The position numbers and the translations under genes were made by a program. The notes beneath the pieces are model-generated. The model had not been told where the DNA came from and made no database searches. It worked only from the letters and a program-made list of their open reading frames with translations. From an uncultured Syntrophaceae bacterium (GTDB lineage: Bacteria > Desulfobacterota > SM23-61), in NCBI GenBank assembly GCA_964484485.1, contig CAZAGD010000043.1, positions 5,660-69,659 on the forward strand: 64,000 bases of DNA. Direction: 5' to 3'. Positions 9,087 through 19,186 of this stretch are shown one piece after another (position 1 is the stretch's first letter; the number at the start of each line of letters is the position of its first letter).

Positions 9087-11735
9087 TTAAATTAAAGCGT
9101 AAATCTCTTGGAGAGCTGCGGGGAGTCCTTCCACTTTAGTTCCGCCTGCCTGGGCCAAATCGGGGCGCCCGCCGCCGCTTCCGCCCACATGTTCAGCAAT
9201 TTTCTTAATTAGTTGATGGGCCGGGTATTTTTCTTGGAGATCTTTAGTTACGGCGCAAAGAAGCATTACTTTGCCATCTCCCTGAGCACCTAAAAGAATA
9301 ATTCCGGATTGAATTTGCCCCTTCAAAAGATCAGCTAATTCCCGCAACTCTTTTGGATCTTTAGCTTCGACCGTAGTGGCCAGAACTTGGACGCCCTTTA
9401 CTTTCTTAGCTGCGGAGATCAATTCTTTAGATTGGTTAGTGGAAATTTTAGCCTTAAGAGCATGCAGAGCTCTCTCTGTTTCTTTTTGCTCTTTGATTAA
9501 GCGGTGCACTTTCTCGGCCACTTCGCCAGGCCTTGCTTTAAGAACGGTGGCTATAGTGCGCAGTTCTTTCTCCGCTCTTTTAAATTCTTTCCAGGCTTCC
9601 TCGCCCGTAACTGCTTCTATGCGCCGCACGCCAGCAGCCACTCCGGTTTCGGCGATGATCTTGAATAGACCTATATCTCCGCTTCTCCGGGTATGTGTTC
9701 CGCCACAAAGCTCGGCGCTTACCTCACCCACTTGCACTAAACGTACTATATCGCCGTATTTTTCGCCAAATAAGGCCATGGCTCCCCGCTGAATAGCCTC
9801 CCGATAAGGAAGAAAAGATACACAGACCTCTATGTTCTGGCGGATGCGGGAATTAACAATTTCTTCGACTTGGTCTATTTCTTCTGGAGTTAAGGGAGAA
9901 AAATGGGTAAAATCAAAGCGCAGGCGATCTGGGGTGACTAAAGATCCAGCTTGTTTGACGTGATCACCTAAAACCTGTCTTAAAGCCGCCTGGAGCAGAT
10001 GCGTAGCTGTATGATTCAAGGCTGTTCTTTGCCTGGTTTGGGCATTTACCTGCAGAGTGAGCAAATCTCCCTGGTGCACAACGCCTTTCTTAATCACTCC
10101 GCGGTGTACGATAATCTCCGGGAGAGGACGGAGGCATCGCTTTACCTCCATGAGAAACCCATTATGTTGCAATAGCCCCTGGTCGCCTTCTTGTCCTCCG
10201 GCTTCTCCATAAAAAGGAGTTCGATCGGTGATTATCTCCACTTCCTCTCCAGCCCGAGCCTCTTTTACTTCACGCTCCTCCTTGAGGATCTTCAGCACCC
10301 GTCCTTCAGCTGCGAGTTGATCATAGCCAACAAATTCGGTTTTCAGATTTTGCGCAGCCAGAGTTCTATAAATTTCAGCCAAAGCTTCTTCTCCAGAGCC
10401 CTTCCAGTGTTCGCGTGCTCGCGCCCTTTGGTTAGCCATGGCTTGTTCAAAACCATGGTGGTCTAAGCGGAACCCCTCATCGCGGGCCATTTCTTCAGTT
10501 AAATCAAGAGGAAAGCCGTAGGTATCATAAAGTCTAAAAATGAATTCGCCAGGGATGATTTGGTGGCCTTGGCTCTTGAACTTCTTGACTTCCTCGGACC
10601 AGAGGCGCAGTCCATTATTCAGAGTTTCCAAGAAACGCTCTTCTTCTCTAAAAATTATGTTTTTGATCATTTGTCGGTTAGGAGTTAATTCTGGGTAAGC
10701 CTCTTCCATAAGAGCGATTACGTCATCCGTTAGCCGGTAAAGGAAGGTCTCCTGGATGCCTAACTTTTGGCCATGGCGCATAGCCCGACGCATAATGCGT
10801 CTCAACACGTATCCCCGACCTTCGTTGGATGGCAATACGCCATCGCCAATAAGAAAAGTAGCGGCGCGAATATGGTCGGCAATGACGCGGAAGGATATTC
10901 CGGCGGGAGAGGCGGCTAGGTATTTTTGGCCACAAATCCTTTCCAAAGAACGGAGAAGAGGGAGAAAGAGGTCCGTATCGTAATTGCTCTCTACCCCTTG
11001 GACGACCGCCGTGATTCTCTCCAAGCCCATTCCTGTATCAATGCTGGGGCGAGGGAGAGGAATAATTTTACCATCAGCGAAGCGTTCAAATTGCATAAAG
11101 ACTAAATTCCAAAGCTCTAAATAACGGTCGCAGTCACAACCGAGAGAACATTCTGGACGTCGACAACCGATGTGCGGGCCTTGGTCAATAACGATCTCCG
11201 AACAAGGACCACAAGGCCCCGTATCGCCCATCTGCCAAAAATTATCTTTGCTGGGGAAAGCTTTTATCCGTTCCTGGGGCACAAATTGGCGCCAAATTTC
11301 TTGAGCTTCTTCATCGATACCTATGCCCAGGGCAGGGTCGCCTTCATGAATGGTCACCCACAGCTTTTCGGCCGGTAATTTTAAATAAGCAGTCAAAAAT
11401 TCCCAGGCCATAGAAATAGCTTCTTTTTTAAAATAGTCTCCAAAAGAAAAGTTACCCAGCATCTCAAAAAAAGTGTGGTGACGGGCGGTATAGCCTACAT
11501 TTTCCAAATCATTATGCTTCCCCCCGGCCCGCACACATTTCTGGGAGGAGGTAGCTCTCAAAAAGGGAGGTTTTTCTTCCCCTGTAAAATAATTTTTAAA
11601 CTGCACCATACCGGCATTGGTGAAGAGAAGGGTAGGGTCCTTTTGCGGAATGAGGGGGGAACTGTTGACGATGGTGTGTCCCCGCTCCTGAAAATATTTT
11701 AAAAATTTCTGGCGAATCTCTGCCCCGGTCATCAT
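9087..11735 (-). CDS. alaS: Alanine--tRNA ligase
   Basis: DPTLLFTNAGMVQFK, HHTFFEMLGNFSFGDYFK, HTATH, ELCGGTH, GGSGGGRPDLAQAGG. Confidence 0.98.
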   Translation of the reverse strand: MMTGAEIRQKFLKYFQERGHTIVNSSPLIPQKDPTLLFTNAGMVQFKNYFTGEEKPPFLRATSSQKCVRAGGKHNDLENVGYTARHHTFFEMLGNFSFGDYFKKEAISMAWEFLTAYLKLPAEKLWVTIHEGDPALGIGIDEEAQEIWRQFVPQERIKAFPSKDNFWQMGDTGPCGPCSEIVIDQGPHIGCRRPECSLGCDCDRYLELWNLVFMQFERFADGKIIPLPRPSIDTGMGLERITAVVQGVESNYDTDLFLPLLRSLERICGQKYLAASPAGISFRVIADHIRAATFLIGDGVLPSNEGRGYVLRRIMRRAMRHGQKLGIQETFLYRLTDDVIALMEEAYPELTPNRQMIKNIIFREEERFLETLNNGLRLWSEEVKKFKSQGHQIIPGEFIFRLYDTYGFPLDLTEEMARDEGFRLDHHGFEQAMANQRARAREHWKGSGEEALAEIYRTLAAQNLKTEFVGYDQLAAEGRVLKILKEEREVKEARAGEEVEIITDRTPFYGEAGGQEGDQGLLQHNGFLMEVKRCLRPLPEIIVHRGVIKKGVVHQGDLLTLQVNAQTRQRTALNHTATHLLQAALRQVLGDHVKQAGSLVTPDRLRFDFTHFSPLTPEEIDQVEEIVNSRIRQNIEVCVSFLPYREAIQRGAMALFGEKYGDIVRLVQVGEVSAELCGGTHTRRSGDIGLFKIIAETGVAAGVRRIEAVTGEEAWKEFKRAEKELRTIATVLKARPGEVAEKVHRLIKEQKETERALHALKAKISTNQSKELISAAKKVKGVQVLATTVEAKDPKELRELADLLKGQIQSGIILLGAQGDGKVMLLCAVTKDLQEKYPAHQLIKKIAEHVGGSGGGRPDLAQAGGTKVEGLPAALQEIYALI

Positions 11736-12223
11736 TCTTCGGTCAAACCTCCCTCTCTGGAGAAAATATTGGTAATCTCTTCCCAGGAATATCCGTACCG
11801 ATAAAGTTGGTTAGCTAATTTTTTCAATTCCTGATTAGAAAATTCAGATAAATTGCGGTTTTTTAATTTTTTCTCTAAAAGTTTTTTCAATCTTTCCTCC
11901 GCTGGGAAAATTTTTTCTTCTTGGGCGACGACTTCTTCAGCTAAATCTGGGCCGATGCCCTTTTCTTTGAGTTTGTGCTTAATCCGCCATGGCCCCCAAA
12001 ACTTTTGTTTTCCATAAAAGTTAGCCAAATTTTGGGCATAGCGCAGATCGTTTAAAAGTTGAAGAGTTGAAAGTTTATGGAGAACATTTTCTATTTCCGT
12101 CAAAGAAAATCCTTTTTGCCCAAGCTTCTGCCGCATTTCTGCTTGGCTGTAATCCTTGCGCGCCAAGAGGCGCAGGGCAAATTCTTCTGCGTTTTTATCC
12201 AGACGCCTAGCCGAGCTAAGCAT
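11732..12223 (-). CDS. recX: Regulatory protein RecX
   Basis: ALRLLARKDYSQAEM, LNDLRYA, GPWRIKHKLKEKG; between recA and alaS. Confidence 0.85.
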   Translation of the reverse strand: MLSSARRLDKNAEEFALRLLARKDYSQAEMRQKLGQKGFSLTEIENVLHKLSTLQLLNDLRYAQNLANFYGKQKFWGPWRIKHKLKEKGIGPDLAEEVVAQEEKIFPAEERLKKLLEKKLKNRNLSEFSNQELKKLANQLYRYGYSWEEITNIFSREGGLTEE

Positions 12224-12232
12224 AACAAATTT

Positions 12233-13249
12233 TTAAGATTCTTTAGTCCTCCGCAGAAGGCCGAAGTGTTCTTTTATTTTTTCTTCCATGGCCCGCGCCA
12301 CGTCAGGATGCTCTTTAAGGAAAATTTTAGCATTTTCGCGCCCTTGGCCTATACGCTCGTTGTTAAAAGAAAACCAAGATCCGCTTTTTTCGACAATTCC
12401 ATTTTCCACAGCCAGATCTAATAAATCCCCCTCGCGGGAGATTCCTTCTCCATACATGATATCGAACTCTACTTCCTTAAAAGGCGGAGCTAATTTATTT
12501 TTTACTACCTTCACCCGCGTACGACTACCGGTTACGTCTTGCCCGTCCTTAATCGCCCCTACTCGGCGAATGTCTAACCGCACGGATGAATAAAATTTGA
12601 GAGCATTGCCGCCAGTGGTAGTCTCCGGGTTGCCCATAAAAACGCCGATTTTCATGCGGATTTGGTTGATGAAGACGACGCAGGTGTTTGATTTACTTAT
12701 CGTAGCGGTTAATTTGCGGAGTGCTTGCGACATCAAGCGCGCTTGCAAGCCCATATGAGCATCCCCCATTTCCCCTTCCAGCTCGGCTTTGGGTACAAGG
12801 GCTGCCACTGAATCTATGACTACTACATCAATAGCTCCACTGCGGACGAGCATTTCGGCGATCTCCAATGCTTGTTCGCCAGTGTCGGGTTGAGAAATTA
12901 AGAGGTCGTCTGTTTTGACCCCCAATTTACGCGCATAGGCTACGTCCAGAGCGTGCTCCGCATCAATAAACCCGGCAATACCCCCTTTTTTCTGCGCTTC
13001 GGCGACAATATGTAAAGCTAAAGTAGTTTTGCCCGAGGCTTCCGGGCCAAAGATCTCTACCACTCGCCCACGGGGAACTCCGCCAATTCCTAAAGCTATG
13101 TCTAAAGCTAAGGACCCCGTAGAGATGACGGGTATGTCGGGAATTAAGGCATCTGTGCCCAAGCGCATGATGGCCCCTTTGCCAAATTGCCGTTCAATCT
13201 GGCTGATGGCCAGGTCGATAGCTTTTTCTTTTTGATTCTCGGCCGGCAT
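12233..13249 (-). CDS. recA: Recombinase RecA
   Basis: [37 protein letters not shown]. Start at the second ATG (13249), which follows SD AAAGGAGG. Confidence 0.98.
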   Translation of the reverse strand: MPAENQKEKAIDLAISQIERQFGKGAIMRLGTDALIPDIPVISTGSLALDIALGIGGVPRGRVVEIFGPEASGKTTLALHIVAEAQKKGGIAGFIDAEHALDVAYARKLGVKTDDLLISQPDTGEQALEIAEMLVRSGAIDVVVIDSVAALVPKAELEGEMGDAHMGLQARLMSQALRKLTATISKSNTCVVFINQIRMKIGVFMGNPETTTGGNALKFYSSVRLDIRRVGAIKDGQDVTGSRTRVKVVKNKLAPPFKEVEFDIMYGEGISREGDLLDLAVENGIVEKSGSWFSFNNERIGQGRENAKIFLKEHPDVARAMEEKIKEHFGLLRRTKES

Positions 13250-13333
13250 ATTTTCCTCCTTTGCCAATTTAATTCCTTTAAGGTTCCTTAAAAATGATGT
13301 TCTTTCTTTTCCTTGCTAAAGGGGCCTTCTATT

Positions 13334-13912
13334 TTATGAACCAATTTCCCGAAAAGAAAAAGTGCGCAGGCGAGTATAAACAGCCCCAGTCGGTTTAAGG
13401 TCACTTTTAAAAAGGACAATTTCGCGAACTGCAAATGTGCCCAATTCTAAATTTTGGTTGGCTACGATGAGCGGCTGAAGTTCACTTAAATTTCTCCCCG
13501 AACGTACCCGCCCCATAGTAAGATGGGGAGTAAAAGGGCGTTCCTCAGCCGGAAAACCTTCACCCAACAACTTTCTTTCAATTTCTTTTTGTAGAAGAAC
13601 AACTTCCTTATTGCCATTGTTGATTCCCAACCAGATTACCCGCGGACGATGGCGCGAAGGGAAGCAGCCTAAGCCAGAGATGGTGATGGAAAAAGGCGGG
13701 CAGTGAGCAACAATGGGTAGAATAATTTGGCTCACTTGCGCTAATTTTTCGGAGGAAATTGCCCCAAAAAATTTTAAAGTAAGGTGAATGTTCCGGGGAG
13801 CAACCCATTTAACATCAGCCTGAGTTTCTTTAAGCTTTCTCTGTAACTCCTCCATTGGCGGATGCAAAAATTCTGGTATCTCAATGGCTAAAAAGGAACG
13901 GATTTTTTCCAT
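13334..13912 (-). CDS. thpR: RNA 2',3'-cyclic phosphodiesterase (2H family)
   Basis: Two HxT motifs (HLTL, HLTM); RSFLAI N-terminus; FKSDLKPTGAVY; likely start MEKIR. Confidence 0.9.
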   Translation of the reverse strand: MEKIRSFLAIEIPEFLHPPMEELQRKLKETQADVKWVAPRNIHLTLKFFGAISSEKLAQVSQIILPIVAHCPPFSITISGLGCFPSRHRPRVIWLGINNGNKEVVLLQKEIERKLLGEGFPAEERPFTPHLTMGRVRSGRNLSELQPLIVANQNLELGTFAVREIVLFKSDLKPTGAVYTRLRTFSFREIGS

Positions 13913-13917
13913 ATATT

Positions 13918-15186
13918 TTACCGGGTAAGACCAGAAAGAAGATTTAGAAAATATCTGCGCACCCAATCGAGAGCTATTTGAGCAGATAAAGTCTTAATCT
14001 GGTCCCGATCTCCGGTCAGATTATATTTTCTGCTTACCACCCCTTCGGGAGCAGCCAGAGCAATAAAAACAGTGCCCACCGGCTTTTCCTCGGATCCTCC
14101 AGTGGGGCCAGCGATCCCAGTTACGGCCAACCCTAAAGTGGCCTTGCTGATTTCGCGCACTCCCGCAGCCATTTTCTCAGCCACGGGCGCGCTCACCGCC
14201 CCATTTTTATTTATAATATTTACCGGAACTTTTAAAATTTCTATTTTGGCCTGATTACTATAAGCTACTATACCGCGCTCGAAATAATCTGAACTACCTG
14301 GAACTTGGGTTAGCCGATGAGCAATCAATCCTCCCGTACAGGATTCGGCTACTGCTAAAGTAGCTTTGTTTTTGCGCAAAATCTGGCCCACGATTTGTTC
14401 CAGAGTCTCCTCGTCAATGGCAAAAACCCGTCCCGCCAGTTTTTCTCTAATGAGTTTTTCCAATTCCCAGAGTTTTCTTTCTGTTTCTTCTTCTGATTTG
14501 CCTCGCACTGAAATTTTTACATGATTTTCCGGAAAACGCGGTAAATAAGCTAAGGTAGCCGAGTAATCGGCTAAATTTATACCATGCAGACGGTCAGCAA
14601 TGGCTGACTCAGTTAAACCAAATACTTTTAAGGTACGCGCCCGCCAAAATTCTTTCTCTTCTTTTCCGGCCCTTTCCTTTATAAGAAAAGGAATGATTCT
14701 TTCCTTGAATAAATATTGTAATTCTTTAGGTACTCCGGGAAGGAAAATGAAGCTTTTGCCCCTATGGCGCAAAATGAATCCATTAGCCGTGCCCATTGGG
14801 TTAGGAATTATTTCGGCCTGGGCGGGGGAAAATGCTTGTTTTTCATTGGCTAAAGGCATTTCCATTCCTCTTTGAGCGAAACGCTCCCGAAGCTGCTGCA
14901 AAACTTCTTTATTGATGATTAGATGTCTTCCAAAGGCCTGGGCGGCCGCGCTAACAGTTACATCATCAGCAGTCGGCCCTAATCCACCCGCGACAATAAT
15001 CACATCAGCATGCTCCTGGGCTTGTTGCAGGGCAGTTTCAATATAAAATTCTTGGTCTCCCACTGTAGTAATAAAAGTAACTTCAAAACCATGCGAGTTC
15101 AATTCGCTGGCCATATAAGCGGAATTGGTATCTATTATTTCGCCAGAAGTCAATTCATTACCAATAGTTATAATTTCTACTTTCAT
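13918..15186 (-). CDS. cinA: Competence/damage-inducible protein A (MocF domain + NMN deamidase)
   Basis: IGNEL..G.I.DTN, GGLGPTADD, LPGVP, AESCTGG, TGIAGPTGG. Confidence 0.93.
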   Translation of the reverse strand: MKVEIITIGNELTSGEIIDTNSAYMASELNSHGFEVTFITTVGDQEFYIETALQQAQEHADVIIVAGGLGPTADDVTVSAAAQAFGRHLIINKEVLQQLRERFAQRGMEMPLANEKQAFSPAQAEIIPNPMGTANGFILRHRGKSFIFLPGVPKELQYLFKERIIPFLIKERAGKEEKEFWRARTLKVFGLTESAIADRLHGINLADYSATLAYLPRFPENHVKISVRGKSEEETERKLWELEKLIREKLAGRVFAIDEETLEQIVGQILRKNKATLAVAESCTGGLIAHRLTQVPGSSDYFERGIVAYSNQAKIEILKVPVNIINKNGAVSAPVAEKMAAGVREISKATLGLAVTGIAGPTGGSEEKPVGTVFIALAAPEGVVSRKYNLTGDRDQIKTLSAQIALDWVRRYFLNLLSGLTR

Positions 15187-15234
15187 AACTCTTCTTTTTA
15201 AAGAATCAGCTCATTTAATAGCGATTTAGCCCCA

Positions 15235-15678
15235 CTAGTTTAAAATTCGTAAAATAACATTGGCACAAACCCCCGCTATTACATCATCCAAAACAACTGC
15301 CCAGCCACCTGATAGACGCTGGTGAACTAAATTAATAGGAGGTGGTTTAATTATATCGAAAAGACGAAAAAAAAGAAATCCCCATATAATATTGGCAAAA
15401 GAAAAAGGAATAAAAGAAATAGAAATAATACAGCCCAATATTTCATCAATAACTATTTTCGGGCTGTCTTTTAACTTGAAGATATTTTCTCCATAATGGG
15501 CCAACCACACCGCCAGAAAGAAGAGGGTTATGATGGTCAAAAGATAGATCGCCGGCGGAAGAGGGGCGATAAAGTAAAAAATTATAATTCCTAAAAGCGA
15601 GCCAAATGTTCCTGGCGCAAAAGGGATAAAACCCGTAAAAGCGCCCGAGGCCAAAAAAATTATAATAAATTTAGTCAT
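15235..15678 (-). CDS. pgpA: Phosphatidylglycerophosphatase A
   Basis: APGTFGS, D...IVIDEILG, FRLFDIIKP, VVLDDVIAG. Confidence 0.92.
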   Translation of the reverse strand: MTKFIIIFLASGAFTGFIPFAPGTFGSLLGIIIFYFIAPLPPAIYLLTIITLFFLAVWLAHYGENIFKLKDSPKIVIDEILGCIISISFIPFSFANIIWGFLFFRLFDIIKPPPINLVHQRLSGGWAVVLDDVIAGVCANVILRILN

Positions 15679-15759
15679 TATTTTTTTATTTTCTCAGATA
15701 CTTTAAAAGATTTTAATAAATTAGCTTTTTTTCTTTGGACATGTCAATATCAAGTAATC

Positions 15760-15927
15760 CTGACCGTCTAACAGTTTTAATATTTCTCCCCAGCAGGAAA
15801 CAGTCCAGAGGCAGGCGGGACTGTTATTTCCCGCCCTTACCTATAAAATGACAAGTGCCTCATTTTAATGAGCCTCTTTCCCATCCCCCTAAATTTGGCC
15901 CAAATTTCAAAATTGATCGAGGGTCGA
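15760..15927 (+). mobile_element. MITE family A, copy 2 (168 bp)
   Basis: CTGACCGTCTAACAG...TGATCGAGGGTCGA; flanks CAAGTAATC / CAAGTATTC; internal GCCTCATTTTAATGAGCC at 15857-15874. Confidence 0.8.
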
Positions 15928-16020
15928 CAAGTATTCTTGACCTTAGAAGAGTTAGCCCGCCTCTACAAAAAGTAGTCTCGAAAATTTTAATCGTTAATCA
16001 ATCTTTTTATAGTTTTTTCT

Positions 16021-16048
16021 TTTAGATCTTTTTTTAAATTGCCGATAA
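16021..16048 (+). promoter_or_regulatory. Putative sigma28-like promoter of pilB
   Basis: Perfect GCCGATAA at 16041-16048; weak -35 (TTTAGATC). Confidence 0.45.
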
Positions 16049-16139
16049 ATTCAATCAGAAGTGGGTAGAAATAACGCTAAAACTTGACCGCACCTTGAAT
16101 CTAATATACTGAAAAAACTCAATTTTTGGGAGTAAAAGG

Positions 16140-17837
16140 ATGAGCGTTCGGCTCGGCGAATTATTAGTGAGCAAAGGTTTGATCACGCCTAAGCAATTGG
16201 AGGACGCCCTCCAGGAGCAAAAAATTTCAGGAGCTAAATTAGGCTCTGCTTTAGTAAAACTTGGTTATATTACAGAGAAAAATTTAGTTTCTTTCTTAAG
16301 TCGTCATTATGGAGTTCCAGCTATAGATTTGGCCGAAGTGCAGATTGATCCCGAAGTCATTAAAATGATCCCCCCTGATGTAGTTTTTAAATATCAAGTT
16401 ATTCCCTTTAAACGGGTCGGTTCTACTCTGCGGGTGGCCATGAGTGACCCCTCTAATATTTTAGCCATCGATGATATTAAATTCTTAACGAGTTGTCATG
16501 TAGAGGTATTTGTTTCTACCGAGAGCGCCATAAAAGCAGCCATCGATAAATTTTATGATTCTACAGAATCTTTGGCCGAGATTATGGGGACGATGGATGA
16601 GATAGATAAGATGGAGCTCTTGGAAGAATCCGAAGAAGTTGACATACGGGAATTACAGCAGGCTTCGGAAGATGCTCCGGTAGTGAAGTTAGTTAATTTA
16701 ATTCTCAATGAAGCCATAAAGCGAAGAGCCAGCGATATTCACCTGGAGCCCTATGAAAAGGTTTTTCGGGTTCGCTTTCGGGTAGATGGCGTTCTGCATG
16801 AATTTATGAAGCCCCCCATGAAGTTGAAAAATGCCATCATTTCCCGAGTAAAGATCATGGCTAAATTAGACATCGCTGAAAGGCGGCTGCCTCAGGACGG
16901 CCGGATAAAAATGAAATTCGGCAAAGACAAAGAAATGGATTTTCGCGTCTCGGTTCTGCCTACTCTTTTTGGGGAAAAAGTGGTTTTGCGCCTTTTAGAT
17001 AAATCTAATTTGCAATTGGACATGACCAAGTTGGGTTTTGAAGAAAAATCTTTAAAAGAATTTAAAGAAGCTATCCATAAGCCTTACGGCATGGTATTAG
17101 TTACAGGACCAACCGGCAGCGGCAAAACGACTACTTTATACTCAGCTCTGGCTGAACTGAATCAGATAACGGAAAATATTTCCACGGCTGAAGACCCCGT
17201 GGAATTCAATCTCATGGGAATTAATCAAGTCCAAATTCACGAAGAAATTGGCCTAACTTTTGCATCTTGTTTAAGGTCGTTCTTACGACAGGATCCAGAC
17301 ATAATCATGGTGGGCGAAATCCGGGACTACGAGACGGCGGAAATTGCCATAAAAGCTGCGCTTACGGGGCACCTTGTTTTAAGCACTTTGCATACCAACG
17401 ACGCACCGAGTACTATAACTCGGCTTTTGAATATGGGAATTGAACCGTTTTTAGTAGCCTCTTCGGTTAATCTGATTGCCGCGCAGCGTTTGGCGCGGAT
17501 GATCTGTGAATATTGCAAACAGCCCGTGCAGGTTTCTCCGCAGATGTTATTAAATTTAGGCGTCTCCCCCGAGGAGATTCCCGACTTTGTTTGCTATAAA
17601 GGGACTGGTTGCCCGCGTTGCAATAATACAGGCTATAAGGGCCGGATAGGTATTTATGAAGTTTTGCCCATGCGGGAGGAAATCAGGGAATTAACTCTGC
17701 AAGGTGCTTCCGCTATGGAGATAAAGAAGGAAGCTATGCGCTTGGGAATGAAGACTCTTAGGCAAGCAGCTTTAACAAAATTAAAAGAAGGAGTCACTAC
17801 AGTGGAAGAAGTATTGAAAAGCACTGTAGAAGATTAA
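16140..17837 (+). CDS. pilB: Type IV-A pilus assembly ATPase PilB
   Basis: N-terminal MSVRLGELL; GPTGSGKTTT; LRQDPDIIMVGEIRD; CxxC...CxxC Zn motif. Confidence 0.95.
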   Translation: MSVRLGELLVSKGLITPKQLEDALQEQKISGAKLGSALVKLGYITEKNLVSFLSRHYGVPAIDLAEVQIDPEVIKMIPPDVVFKYQVIPFKRVGSTLRVAMSDPSNILAIDDIKFLTSCHVEVFVSTESAIKAAIDKFYDSTESLAEIMGTMDEIDKMELLEESEEVDIRELQQASEDAPVVKLVNLILNEAIKRRASDIHLEPYEKVFRVRFRVDGVLHEFMKPPMKLKNAIISRVKIMAKLDIAERRLPQDGRIKMKFGKDKEMDFRVSVLPTLFGEKVVLRLLDKSNLQLDMTKLGFEEKSLKEFKEAIHKPYGMVLVTGPTGSGKTTTLYSALAELNQITENISTAEDPVEFNLMGINQVQIHEEIGLTFASCLRSFLRQDPDIIMVGEIRDYETAEIAIKAALTGHLVLSTLHTNDAPSTITRLLNMGIEPFLVASSVNLIAAQRLARMICEYCKQPVQVSPQMLLNLGVSPEEIPDFVCYKGTGCPRCNNTGYKGRIGIYEVLPMREEIRELTLQGASAMEIKKEAMRLGMKTLRQAALTKLKEGVTTVEEVLKSTVED

Positions 17838-17870
17838 GAATAAAGCCTTAATAGAATTTGGAGGAGTAAC

Positions 17871-19085
17871 ATGGACGTTTATGTATGGGAAGGGCGTTCC
17901 CGGAAAGGCACAATCGAACGGGGTGAAATAGAAGCCGCCAATGAGGCGGCCGTACGCAGTATCTTGCGCCGGCAACAGATTCAGGCGATCAAAATTCAGG
18001 TGAAACCTAAGGATATTTTAAAAAGAATCACTTTTTTCAAACGTCGCCGGGTAAAAGAAAAAGACATAGTCGTCTTTACCAGACAATTTGCCACCATGAT
18101 CGATGCCGGTTTACCCCTGGTGCAATGTTTAGAAATTTTAGCCAGTCAGCAGAATAATGCCACTTTCAAAGAAGTCCTCCTCAAAGTCAAGGGGGATGTG
18201 GAAGCAGGCTCTACTTTTGCGGATGCTTTACGGAAGCATCCGCACATCTTTAACGAACTTTTCTGCAATTTAGTGGCTGCCGGGGAGGCTGGTGGTATAT
18301 TAGATACGATTTTAAACCGCCTGGCTAATTATATTGAAAAATCAATGAACTTGAAAAAGAAGGTTAAAGGAGCCATGGTATATCCGGCTACGGTGTTAGC
18401 CATTGCTTTATTAGTCGCCGCCGGCATGCTCATTTTTGTTATTCCCGTTTTCCAAAAAATGTTTGCGGATATGGGAGGAACTCTGCCGGCTTTCACTCAA
18501 TTAGTAATCAATATAAGCGAATTGCTGCGCCGCTATTTTGTAGTGATCATAGCCGCTCTAGTTCTCTTAGTCTTCCTCTTCCGGCGTTATTATAAAACTG
18601 AAAGCGGCCGAGAAGCAGTGGATAATGCTTTGCTCAAAATCCCTGTTTTTGGAGAATTGATCCGGAAAGTAGCTATTGCTAAATTTACCCGCACTTTAAG
18701 TACGATGCTTTCCAGCGGCGTGCCCATATTGGAAAGCTTAGATATTGTGGCCAGAACTGCCGGCAATAAAATTATTGAAAAAGCCATCTTAAAAACAAAG
18801 ATGAGTATCGGAGAAGGAAAAACCATTGCCGAGCCTTTAGCCGCCAGCAATATTTTTCCACCCATGGTGGTCCAGATGATCTCGGTCGGCGAATCGACTG
18901 GCGCTCTGGATTCCATGTTGAGTAAAGTGGCTGATTTCTATGACGATGAAGTAGACGCCGCCGTGGCTGCCCTGACCTCCTTATTAGAACCCTTATTAAT
19001 GGTCTTCTTAGGAGGAACAATTGGCGCCTTAGTAATAGCCATGTACCTGCCTATTTTCCAGATGGCTTCTATTTTGGGCAAATAA
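17871..19085 (+). CDS. pilC: Type IV pilus platform protein PilC
   Basis: FTRQFATMIDAGLPL, GEAGGILD, MISVGESTGALD, AMYLPIF. Confidence 0.95.
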   Translation: MDVYVWEGRSRKGTIERGEIEAANEAAVRSILRRQQIQAIKIQVKPKDILKRITFFKRRRVKEKDIVVFTRQFATMIDAGLPLVQCLEILASQQNNATFKEVLLKVKGDVEAGSTFADALRKHPHIFNELFCNLVAAGEAGGILDTILNRLANYIEKSMNLKKKVKGAMVYPATVLAIALLVAAGMLIFVIPVFQKMFADMGGTLPAFTQLVINISELLRRYFVVIIAALVLLVFLFRRYYKTESGREAVDNALLKIPVFGELIRKVAIAKFTRTLSTMLSSGVPILESLDIVARTAGNKIIEKAILKTKMSIGEGKTIAEPLAASNIFPPMVVQMISVGESTGALDSMLSKVADFYDDEVDAAVAALTSLLEPLLMVFLGGTIGALVIAMYLPIFQMASILGK

Positions 19086-19186
19086 AAAGCACTTTAAGCG
19101 GAAAAAACTACCCGAATCCGGCCTGCCCATGGTAAAATTTTTTTACTGTACGGGTAAGAAATTTAGGGGGAGAAGGATTAAGCAAC

